Shown: piece after piece, positions 42,998-51,064 of the stretch
Layout: each line of letters opens with the position of its first letter
Numbering within the stretch: the first letter of the stretch is position 1
NCBI GenBank assembly: GCA_038745425.1
Contig: JBCDLL010000007.1
Location: 1,688 to 65,687 of the forward strand
Source: Verrucomicrobiota bacterium
Lineage (GTDB): Bacteria; Verrucomicrobiota; Verrucomicrobiia; Methylacidiphilales; UBA1321
Reading direction: 5' to 3'
Length of the DNA: 64,000 nucleotides
Notes under the pieces: model-generated
What the model was told of the DNA's origin: nothing
What the model saw: the letters and a program-made list of their open reading frames with translations, nothing else
Database searches by the model: none
Position numbers and translations under genes: made by a program

Positions 42998-44326
42998 TTA
43001 AGACGACGGCGGACCCGCGGCGAACTTAAAGACGCGGATATTAAAGTGGTAGCGGTCATCCTTGAGCGGGGTGGGCAGGTCGGAACCGACGTCAAAGCCC
43101 ATCTCGGCAAAGGTCTTCTTGATATTGCGGACGGCTTCGTTGGCCTCCGGCAGGGTGGGCGCTTCGCCCTCGATGGTGATTTCGTCCGGCTTGTAGTGGA
43201 AGTTGACGAGTTTGACCTCCGGGTCGGGCAGGGCGTCGCAGGCGGCCACCAGGTACTCCAGCGGGGTGGCCTCAGGATCGACCGATCCCTGCCAGGCCTC
43301 CCACCGCGCGGTGTACTCGGCCTGCTGGACAAGCTGCTGCTGCAGCCGCTCGTTGGCCGCCTCCAGAGACTGGAGTTGCGTTTGCCGGTAAAGAATCCAG
43401 GCCAGGGCCGCCACCAATAGCAGCGCGTAGACCACGCCGCCCAGCCAAAGCCAGCGCATCGTCTGCCGGCGCCGCTGCCGGGCGGCTTGGCGGTTCTTCC
43501 ACGAGGCGGGGGTCAACTCGGTGGCGGTTGGCTTGGCGGGAAGCTCGCCGGGCAGCTCGACCACCGGCGCTTGGAAGTAGTCAGCCAGCGCCTGCCGCCA
43601 GGCCTCGCAACCGCGCCCGACCACGATCTGATCGAAACTGGTGCTGAGCCCGCTAAGCTCGGCCCGCCAGAGGGCCTGGTTGATGGCGTCGCCGTCCAGG
43701 GTGGCGCCGGGGGCCACGTCGAGGATTTCCGCGAAGACGAGGCGGTTCCGATTGATGAGGCCCAGGACGAGGTCGGGCCCCTCGCGCAGCAGGACCAGTT
43801 GAATCTGCCCGGCGGGCAGCGAGCCGGCGAAGCTGTCCAGGTGGAGGTAGGCGCGTTGCGGGAAAATGCCCGCCTCGAGCAGCGGCGCGCAAAGCTGCTC
43901 GACCTTGTCCTCCCGCAGCATGAGGCAGAGCACGCTGGAGGCGTCCTCGCGCTGTTCCAGAATCTGGCAGGAAAAGGCGGTCGCGTCCTCGATGATGCCG
44001 GCCTTCTCCACTTGCAGGGCGGCCATGCTGTGGATTTCCTCCGGGTCGGCGCTGGGCAGGCGCAGATGCTGGAGCAGCACCGCGTTGAGCGGCAGCAGCA
44101 GGGTGACTTCGCCCCGCGGGTTGAGCGACGAAACGAGGCCCTCCAGGTCGGGCGCGTGCCGGGCCTCGGACTCCGGCTGGCCCGGGGCGGCCAGCAGGGT
44201 CCAGCCCTCGGCGTCCGGGCGGATCACTTGGCTGCCAACGGCGGAGCGCTTCGGCTTCCGGCGGGCGGGTTTCTCCGCCGGGAGATTCTCCGCCCGGATC
44301 GGCTGCTGGGGAACGGCGGTCTTCAT
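42998..44326 (-). CDS. GspL-like (PilM-PilN fusion-like) assembly protein
   Basis: 442 aa: a cytoplasmic actin-like region, one TM helix (WLWLGGVVYALLLVAALAWILY), then a periplasmic coiled coil and ferredoxin-like domain. Confidence 0.6.
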   Translation of the reverse strand: MKTAVPQQPIRAENLPAEKPARRKPKRSAVGSQVIRPDAEGWTLLAAPGQPESEARHAPDLEGLVSSLNPRGEVTLLLPLNAVLLQHLRLPSADPEEIHSMAALQVEKAGIIEDATAFSCQILEQREDASSVLCLMLREDKVEQLCAPLLEAGIFPQRAYLHLDSFAGSLPAGQIQLVLLREGPDLVLGLINRNRLVFAEILDVAPGATLDGDAINQALWRAELSGLSTSFDQIVVGRGCEAWRQALADYFQAPVVELPGELPAKPTATELTPASWKNRQAARQRRRQTMRWLWLGGVVYALLLVAALAWILYRQTQLQSLEAANERLQQQLVQQAEYTARWEAWQGSVDPEATPLEYLVAACDALPDPEVKLVNFHYKPDEITIEGEAPTLPEANEAVRNIKKTFAEMGFDVGSDLPTPLKDDRYHFNIRVFKFAAGPPSS

Positions 44327-45249
44327 GGTTCAAGCCAGGCCTTAACAGTGGCATTGGCACTGCGTCCTTGCACGACGATTTCCACGCGGTGGACGACATC
44401 ATACGAACGCCCACGGGCGGAAATGCGCTTGATGCCGTCATCCGTGGCAATCCAGGGGCTAAGCAGGCTGAACTCCGGATCGGAAAGACCGACGAAGGCG
44501 CGGAACTCGTCCGGCGAGGTGAAGGGCTCGTCGTCCTTGGTGCGCAGCTCGCCGTCAGGGCCGGCCACGCGGTCGCGGATGCGCCGGGCGTCGCGCTCGT
44601 CGATTCCCGGAAGCGCTTGAAGCAGCCGGGCGGAGGCCCAATTAACGTCGATCTTGCCCGAGCTCCACAGGGTGAGCTGGTCGCGCCAGTTCTCGTTGCG
44701 GGTGATCCATTCCGAGCCGCGAACCAGGGCGATCTCGTCCAGGTTTTCGAAGTAGCGGTTCTGGGCCTTGTAGCCGGGAGCTTCCTCGATGCCGCTCGAG
44801 CGCCGCAGGTCGTCCTGGTCCACCCAGTCCAGCAACGCATCCATCACGCGGTCGACTTCGTTCGGCGGCACCTCGAAGCCCTGGACCAGAAACTGGCGCA
44901 GCCGCTGGCGGACGGTTCCATCCAAAAGCACGCGGGAAAGCACGTAGTTCAGGTTGAGCCGCCCGCCTTCGGATTCGACCACCACGTCCACGAAGATTTC
45001 GGGCTCGATTTCCCAGTCCTGGAGCAGATCGGCGTGCTCGGGAATGCTGCCGTCCAGGCCCAACTGCAAACCGGAGAGGGCGGCAAAGCGCGCCTTGGTT
45101 TGATCGCCCTGCTGGTTGAAGCGCTCGAAGCGGAAGTGGACGAGGTCCGACCAGGAAAGGATCAGGAAGCTGAGCAGCGCCAGCGCCCAGACGACCAGCA
45201 TCAGGACGCTGCCCCGGGAAGACTTGCGGCGGTGGGGAGGAGTTACCAT
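44323..45249 (-). CDS. gspK: type II secretion minor pseudopilin GspK
   Basis: Start at MVTPPHRRKSSRGSVLMLVVWALALLSFLILS. RLNLNYV and a helix-hairpin-helix region KIDVNWASARLLQALPGIDERDARRI. Confidence 0.75.
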   Translation of the reverse strand: MVTPPHRRKSSRGSVLMLVVWALALLSFLILSWSDLVHFRFERFNQQGDQTKARFAALSGLQLGLDGSIPEHADLLQDWEIEPEIFVDVVVESEGGRLNLNYVLSRVLLDGTVRQRLRQFLVQGFEVPPNEVDRVMDALLDWVDQDDLRRSSGIEEAPGYKAQNRYFENLDEIALVRGSEWITRNENWRDQLTLWSSGKIDVNWASARLLQALPGIDERDARRIRDRVAGPDGELRTKDDEPFTSPDEFRAFVGLSDPEFSLLSPWIATDDGIKRISARGRSYDVVHRVEIVVQGRSANATVKAWLEP

Positions 45250-45887
45250 TGGCTGTTCACGGGTGGGATGAAGAAGGTGGACTCGCTCTGGCCGTCCAGC
45301 GTCCAGAGCCGCATGCGGACCAGCCGGGGCAGGCGGGCGAGATCGTTCCATTCGTCGATCCAGTCGTTTTGGTTCCGGTCAAAGTACTGGAGGTTCAGTC
45401 CCTCGACGCCCGTCAGCAGGGGAATCCAGACATCCGGCCGGGCCTGCTCGAAGTTGGGCTCGATCCCGGCGGTCTCCTCGGCGTGCCAGCGCTCCACGCC
45501 CAGCGTGGACACGCCGTCGGGGCCGTCCTTGAGCCGAATCCGCAACTGGTAGATGCCGGTCTGGTTGACGCTGAGCGCGCTGTTGCCGCCCTTGGTTCGG
45601 AAGGTGAGCTCGTCGCTGGGCAAGGCGCCGATCTGGTGGTTGTCACCCCGGAGCTTGAGTTCGTTGGGCTTGGGACTCTGCACCAGGCACTCCTGCAAAA
45701 AGGCCTCCAGGCCCCGCAGGCGGGAGTCCTCCCGGTGGTTTTGCGACATGGCGGAGACGGCGTCCAGGTTGACCTGGACGAACAGGAAAATGGCGCTGAT
45801 GACAAAGCTGCTCAAAAGCAGCGCAACGGTCATCTCCAGCAGCGTAAAAGCGCGCCGCCCGCGGTCTCTGGGCTTAACGGCGTACAT
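45243..45887 (-). CDS. gspJ: minor pseudopilin, GspJ-like
   Basis: Prepilin N-terminus RRAFTLLEMTVALLLSSFVISAIF. Size and gene order are consistent. Confidence 0.7.
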   Translation of the reverse strand: MYAVKPRDRGRRAFTLLEMTVALLLSSFVISAIFLFVQVNLDAVSAMSQNHREDSRLRGLEAFLQECLVQSPKPNELKLRGDNHQIGALPSDELTFRTKGGNSALSVNQTGIYQLRIRLKDGPDGVSTLGVERWHAEETAGIEPNFEQARPDVWIPLLTGVEGLNLQYFDRNQNDWIDEWNDLARLPRLVRMRLWTLDGQSESTFFIPPVNSQW

Positions 45888-46299
45888 AGAAGGTCAATTG
45901 GTAGTTGGCGGTGTTGCCCGGGTCGGTCGTTGCGCCCCTCAGCACCACCCGCAGGAGGGAAACCTGGCTGGTGGGCGCCTGGCCGTCGTCGCGCTGGTAA
46001 GTCAGGGTCACGTCTTCCACCTGCTGCTTGATTTCGACGTTGGGAAAGGCCTCGCCGGGAGCAAATTCGCGCGTCTCGGGGGCTTCCGTCGACGCCATGA
46101 TCTCTTCCGCCGTCTGGGTCACCGCCCGGCGGATCAAGTCCGTTTCCGCCATGTGGTTCTGCGCCTCGATCGAGAAGAGCACCGCCTGCCCCAGGGCGAG
46201 GGCGGCCATGGCGAACAGGGCCGTCGCCACCACCAGCTCCAGAAGGGTAAAGCCCCGGCGGGCACGGCGGCGCGATTGGTTGGGAGGGTGCGAGGTCAC
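45874..46299 (-). CDS. gspI: minor pseudopilin, GspI-like
   Basis: GTG start overlapping the gspH stop. RRGFTLLELVVATALFAMAALAL. Confidence 0.7.
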   Translation of the reverse strand: MTSHPPNQSRRRARRGFTLLELVVATALFAMAALALGQAVLFSIEAQNHMAETDLIRRAVTQTAEEIMASTEAPETREFAPGEAFPNVEIKQQVEDVTLTYQRDDGQAPTSQVSLLRVVLRGATTDPGNTANYQLTFYVRR

Positions 46300-46832
46300 G
46301 GCAGGTTAAAGGATTCGAGCCGGTATTCAGCGTTGAGGGGATCGTAGGCGAGCGACCAGGAGCCTTCCGGGCCCTCGTAGGAGACCACCACCGCCTCACA
46401 GTTGCCCGTGGGCCAGAACGTCCAGCCAGGCTCTTCTTCCTGGATCTCCGCGTAAGGCTTGCCCAGCCGGTAAATTTCGCCTTTAGCCACCGGCAGCGAG
46501 GGTGGCCCCATGTCCAGGGACTTGGCCCGGCTTTTTTCTTCGGAGTTGAGGGGCGCCGCGAGCCGGATGGCTTCCTTCTCCCACAGAAGCCGGGTGGGCG
46601 CCTGCTGCTCGATGGCTTGCCAGCGGCTGCGCTGCACCAGGCGGTGGAAGTCGTCCAATTTGCTTTGAAGCGCCTGCTCGCGGTAGACGCTGGTGATGCT
46701 GGGCACGGCCAGGGTCAGCATGGTGGTGAGGATCAAGACCACCACCATGATCTCCAGCAGGGTAAATCCGCGGCTTCGGGCGGAGGCGATTTTGCCTCGG
46801 CGGCGAGCGATGCCTGGGGGTGGGGGACTCAT
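46296..46832 (-). CDS. gspH: minor pseudopilin, GspH-like
   Basis: SRGFTLLEIMVVVLILTTMLTLAVPS prepilin N-terminus. It is the first gene of the minus-strand operon. Confidence 0.7.
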   Translation of the reverse strand: MSPPPPGIARRRGKIASARSRGFTLLEIMVVVLILTTMLTLAVPSITSVYREQALQSKLDDFHRLVQRSRWQAIEQQAPTRLLWEKEAIRLAAPLNSEEKSRAKSLDMGPPSLPVAKGEIYRLGKPYAEIQEEEPGWTFWPTGNCEAVVVSYEGPEGSWSLAYDPLNAEYRLESFNLP

Positions 46833-46885
46833 GCCTTTTTAGGATGGCCTTCCGGCGTAAACAGAGTTTAGAGTAATCTAACCGC

Positions 46886-49303
46886 ATGAAGAAAGCACGA
46901 TTCTGCGCGTTAGTGGGGATGGGAATACTGGCCGCGCTTGGCGGACCGGGCACCCCCGGACTGCAGGCTCAGCCCCCCGTCGGCGGCGAGCGGGTCCAGC
47001 TCCAGTTTGCCAACCTGCCGGTCCGCGAAGTCCTCAAAGAGTACGAGCGGCTGATCGACAAGATCGTCATCCAGGACAACACCCTCCAAGGCACCATCTA
47101 CGCCTGGAGCCGTGATCCCGTCCCCAGGGAGGAGGCCATCCGCATCATCGAACAGACGCTGCTGCTCAACGGCTACACCATCATTCCGGTCGACGCCAAC
47201 ACCGTGAAGGTGCTTGGGACCGGCCGCAACGCCCGCACCCAGGCCCTGCCCGTCGTTACGTCCCTGAGCCAACTGCCCGAGAACGAGCAGGTGGTCAGTT
47301 ACGTGATGGAGCTGACTTACGCCGACCCAGAAAAGACGATCGAATTCCTCAACGCCTACCTACCCAAGGACGGTAACCTGCAGAACTACGCCTCGGTTCA
47401 GGCCATGCCGGAGGCGCGCGGGCTGGTCATCACCAACACCACCTCCAACCTCCGCAACATCGTCACCCTGGTGGAAAAGTTCGACCTGCCCGCCGCCAAG
47501 GTGGAGCAGTACGTGATTCCGCTCAAACGGGCCGACGCCACCAAGGTTGTGGAAATGGTGGAAACCATCATTAACGCGGATCAGGCGCAGGAGGTGGAAA
47601 CCGAAAGGCGGCTCCCGGGTGCCGGGCGCGAGGCGGCCGAAGCCGCCGGCAACCAGCCGGACGCGCCGATCGACTTGGACCGACCGGAGGCGGCCACCGC
47701 CGCCGGGACGGGCGGCGTGACCCTTTCGGAGGACGCCATCGTGGTGGGCAAAGTCACGATTACACCGGACGAGCGCACCAACCGCGTCATCGTGGTCTCG
47801 CGCCCGGAAAACATGCCCTTTCTGAACAAGCTCATCGCCGACCTGGACGCGGAGGTAAAGTTTGGCCTTCCGGTGAGCTGGCCGCTCCAGCAAGTTTCCG
47901 CCCTAAATGTCCTGCCCGTGCTCGTGGAAATCCTGACCGAGCCGGGCATCGAAACCAGCGAATCCGGGGCGGCGGCCACCGGAGGGACCGGCAGTCAGTT
48001 GGGGGGTGGCGACTCGAACATCGGCGGCGGAGGCGGCAGCGGCCTTACCCTGACACAGGAATTCTCGACCCAACCGATCGAAACCGCCCCCACCGCCGTC
48101 ACCATCGGCAGCACCCGGCTCATCGCTGACGGGCGGACCAACTCCATCATCGTGATGGCCAACGATGACGCGCGGGAGAAAGTTTTCGAGGTTTTGCGCC
48201 AACTCGACACGCGCAGCCCGCAGGTGCTGCTCAACGTCGTCATCGGCGAGCTCACCCTGCGCAGCGACGAAGAGTTCGGGATCGACTATTTCCTGCGCAA
48301 CACCGGTACGGACGACGTCACCATCGGCGGCCTGAACCGGACGACCACGACGCCACCCATCGAAGCCGACACCCTCACCAGCCTGATCCCGTTTGAATCA
48401 CTACTCGGCTTTGGTGGCCTGACCGGTTTCATTTCCATCGGCAGCACCTTGGACATGATCGTCCGCGCCTTTGAAGGCAGCAACCGTTTCAAGGCGATCT
48501 CCCGTCCCTCCGTCTTCACCACCAACAACAAAAAGGCCGTGGTGGCATCGGGCCGGCAGGTAGCCGTACCGACGCAGACAACCACTGCCTTTGTTGACAA
48601 CGCGCAACCGGTCACCAACTCCAATATCGAGTTCCGGGATATCATCCTGAGACTTGAGGTCGTGCCGATCATCAACAAAAACAAGGAAGTGCAACTGGAA
48701 ATCCTGCAGACGCTCGACACCCAGACCGGAACCACGGTGATCGACAACAACGAAATCCCGGAAATTTCGACCCGGCTGCTGAGCACCAACGTTAGCGTGC
48801 CAAACGGCTCGACTCTCGTTCTTGGCGGGCTGGTGACCTCGAGCGACGACCGCTTTGGCGGCGGCATCCCCGGCCTCAGCCGCATCCCGATTTTGGGCTA
48901 CCTCTTTGGCGACGTGAACAAGTCGCGCGTGCGCACCGAGCTCGTCATCATGGTCCAACCGACGGTGATCTCCGGGGAAGAGATGTTGGACGCTTCCAAG
49001 AACCTGATGGTCGACACCCTGGCCACCGAAATTGAAACCACCAACCGCGAAATCTTCCAGGACTACGTGCTGCCCCAGAACCTCGAGGAAGAAATCCAAC
49101 CCGTGGGCGTGCTGCCCGGGCCCTCCCCGGAGTTTGTGCCCATCCAGCCGCCCTTCCCGCGGATGCGGGCGGACCTGCCCCTGTTTGACGACCAGTTCGG
49201 CGTCTCGCCCTCCGTGCGCCAGATCGATCCGTCCACCCAGGCGGCGCCGTCCAACCAGAACGGGGTGGACACGCGGGCCAACTCCAGCAGCAAGCGCCGC
49301 TAA
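46886..49303 (+). CDS. gspD: type II secretion secretin GspD
   Basis: 805 aa. Signal peptide, N0-N3-like repeats, and a secretin core ...GSTLVLGGLVTSSDDRFGGGIPGLSRIPILGYLFG.... Confidence 0.9.
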   Translation: MKKARFCALVGMGILAALGGPGTPGLQAQPPVGGERVQLQFANLPVREVLKEYERLIDKIVIQDNTLQGTIYAWSRDPVPREEAIRIIEQTLLLNGYTIIPVDANTVKVLGTGRNARTQALPVVTSLSQLPENEQVVSYVMELTYADPEKTIEFLNAYLPKDGNLQNYASVQAMPEARGLVITNTTSNLRNIVTLVEKFDLPAAKVEQYVIPLKRADATKVVEMVETIINADQAQEVETERRLPGAGREAAEAAGNQPDAPIDLDRPEAATAAGTGGVTLSEDAIVVGKVTITPDERTNRVIVVSRPENMPFLNKLIADLDAEVKFGLPVSWPLQQVSALNVLPVLVEILTEPGIETSESGAAATGGTGSQLGGGDSNIGGGGGSGLTLTQEFSTQPIETAPTAVTIGSTRLIADGRTNSIIVMANDDAREKVFEVLRQLDTRSPQVLLNVVIGELTLRSDEEFGIDYFLRNTGTDDVTIGGLNRTTTTPPIEADTLTSLIPFESLLGFGGLTGFISIGSTLDMIVRAFEGSNRFKAISRPSVFTTNNKKAVVASGRQVAVPTQTTTAFVDNAQPVTNSNIEFRDIILRLEVVPIINKNKEVQLEILQTLDTQTGTTVIDNNEIPEISTRLLSTNVSVPNGSTLVLGGLVTSSDDRFGGGIPGLSRIPILGYLFGDVNKSRVRTELVIMVQPTVISGEEMLDASKNLMVDTLATEIETTNREIFQDYVLPQNLEEEIQPVGVLPGPSPEFVPIQPPFPRMRADLPLFDDQFGVSPSVRQIDPSTQAAPSNQNGVDTRANSSSKRR

Positions 49304-49310
49304 CACCGCC

Positions 49311-51014
49311 ATGGCCCTGGCCCGACGACCTCACCTGCGGCGCTGGCTGGAAGCCGGGGGCTACCACGATCCGGCGGACCTCGACCGGCTGGCCCGCGCG
49401 ATCGAACCCGGGCGCTCCTGGGTGGGCGAGGTGCTCGCCGCCGGCCTTGATAACGAGGCCGCCTTCTTTGAGGAGATCGCCCGGGACCTGCACTGGCCCT
49501 TCGCCGATCTGGACAACGCCAGCGTGGACCGCGAGGCGCTCGGCGCGCTCCCCAGCCGGTTGGTCTTTCTGCACCTGATGCTGCCGCTGGGCCGGGAAAA
49601 CGGCAGCCTGCAGGTGGCCACTTGCGATCCCTTCAACAGCGTCGGCCAGCAACTGGTGCGCGACGCCGCCGGCGGGCCGGTGCAGTGGATCGTGGCGCCG
49701 CACAGCCAGCTTGTGCGCCGGATCAAGGCGCTCTACGGCGTCGGGGCGGAAACCTTCGACGAAATCCTGGAAAACCGGGCGGTGTCCGACGCGCTCGACG
49801 ACCAGTTTGAGGCGACCGACCTGGACGACGAGGCCACCGACGCCTCGGTGGTCAAGTTCGTCAACCAGATCATCCGCGAAGCCATCCGCGAACGGGCGAC
49901 CGATATCCACGTCGAGCCGCAGGAGAAGTCGCTGCGCATCCGCTACCGCATCGACGGCATGCTGAGCGAAGCGGCGGTGCCGCCCAAGCTGCGGCTGCTG
50001 CAGTCCGCCATCATCACGCGGCTCAAGATCATGGCCAAGATGGACATTGCCGAGCACCGGCTGCCGCAGGACGGGCGCATCAACCTGCAGTCGGCCGAGG
50101 GCAACTGGGACGTGCGCGTCTCCACGGTGCCGTCGGTCAACGGCGAGAGCATCAGCCTGCGCCTGCTTAACCAGAACGAGGAGCAGCGCTACGCCCTGGG
50201 CCGGCTGGAGCTCGACGGCGCCCACGAGGACGCCATCCGCGAGCTGCTCGCCCAGCCCAACGGCATCGTGCTCGTGACCGGCCCGACCGGTAGCGGCAAG
50301 TCCACCTCGCTCTATTCCTTCCTGAGCGAAATCAACGCGGTCGAGCGGCGGATCATCACGGTGGAGGAACCGGTCGAGTACCGGCTGCCCGGCGTCACCC
50401 AGATCGAGGTCAAGCCGGAGATCAACCTGACCTTCGCCAACGTGCTGCGGAGCATTCTGCGCCAGGACCCCAACATCATCATGGTGGGTGAGGTCCGCGA
50501 CGTAGAGACGGCGGAAATCGCCATCCGCGCGGCCATGACGGGCCACCTCGTGTTCAGCACGCTGCACACCAACGACGCCGTCAGCGGCATCACCCGGCTG
50601 ATCGACATGGGCGTGGAGCCGTTCCTGCTGGCCTCGGTCGTGCGTGCGATTCTGGCCCAGCGGCTGGTGCGGCGCGTCTGCCCGCACTGCGCGGAGCTGC
50701 GGCCGTACCCGGAGGACGAACTGCGTAAAATCAATTTTCCGCTCGAGCAGTACGGGTCCCAGTTTTACGTGGGCCAGGGCTGCGACCACTGCCGCGGCAG
50801 CGGCTACCTGGGGCGGTGCGCCATCTACGAGGTCTGCCAGATCGACGACCGGCTGCACCAGCTCATCGTGGGCAAAAGCTCCGCCAGCGAACTACGACAG
50901 ACGGCGCTCACGCACGGCATGCGCACGTTGCGGCAGGACGGCTGGCGGCGGGTGGCTTCCAGCCAATGCACCATCGAAGAGGTGCTGCGCGTGACCGCGA
51001 TGGACGCGGCCTGA
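49311..51014 (+). CDS. gspE: type II secretion ATPase GspE
   Basis: N-terminal T2SSE_N domain, Walker A GPTGSGKST, Asp/His boxes, and the tetracysteine CPHC...CDHC motif. Confidence 0.95.
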   Translation: MALARRPHLRRWLEAGGYHDPADLDRLARAIEPGRSWVGEVLAAGLDNEAAFFEEIARDLHWPFADLDNASVDREALGALPSRLVFLHLMLPLGRENGSLQVATCDPFNSVGQQLVRDAAGGPVQWIVAPHSQLVRRIKALYGVGAETFDEILENRAVSDALDDQFEATDLDDEATDASVVKFVNQIIREAIRERATDIHVEPQEKSLRIRYRIDGMLSEAAVPPKLRLLQSAIITRLKIMAKMDIAEHRLPQDGRINLQSAEGNWDVRVSTVPSVNGESISLRLLNQNEEQRYALGRLELDGAHEDAIRELLAQPNGIVLVTGPTGSGKSTSLYSFLSEINAVERRIITVEEPVEYRLPGVTQIEVKPEINLTFANVLRSILRQDPNIIMVGEVRDVETAEIAIRAAMTGHLVFSTLHTNDAVSGITRLIDMGVEPFLLASVVRAILAQRLVRRVCPHCAELRPYPEDELRKINFPLEQYGSQFYVGQGCDHCRGSGYLGRCAIYEVCQIDDRLHQLIVGKSSASELRQTALTHGMRTLRQDGWRRVASSQCTIEEVLRVTAMDAA

Positions 51015-51064
51015 CCCGGCGCGGCTCGAACGCCACCGGGCCGCAGGTTCCCGCCAGGCGGCGA

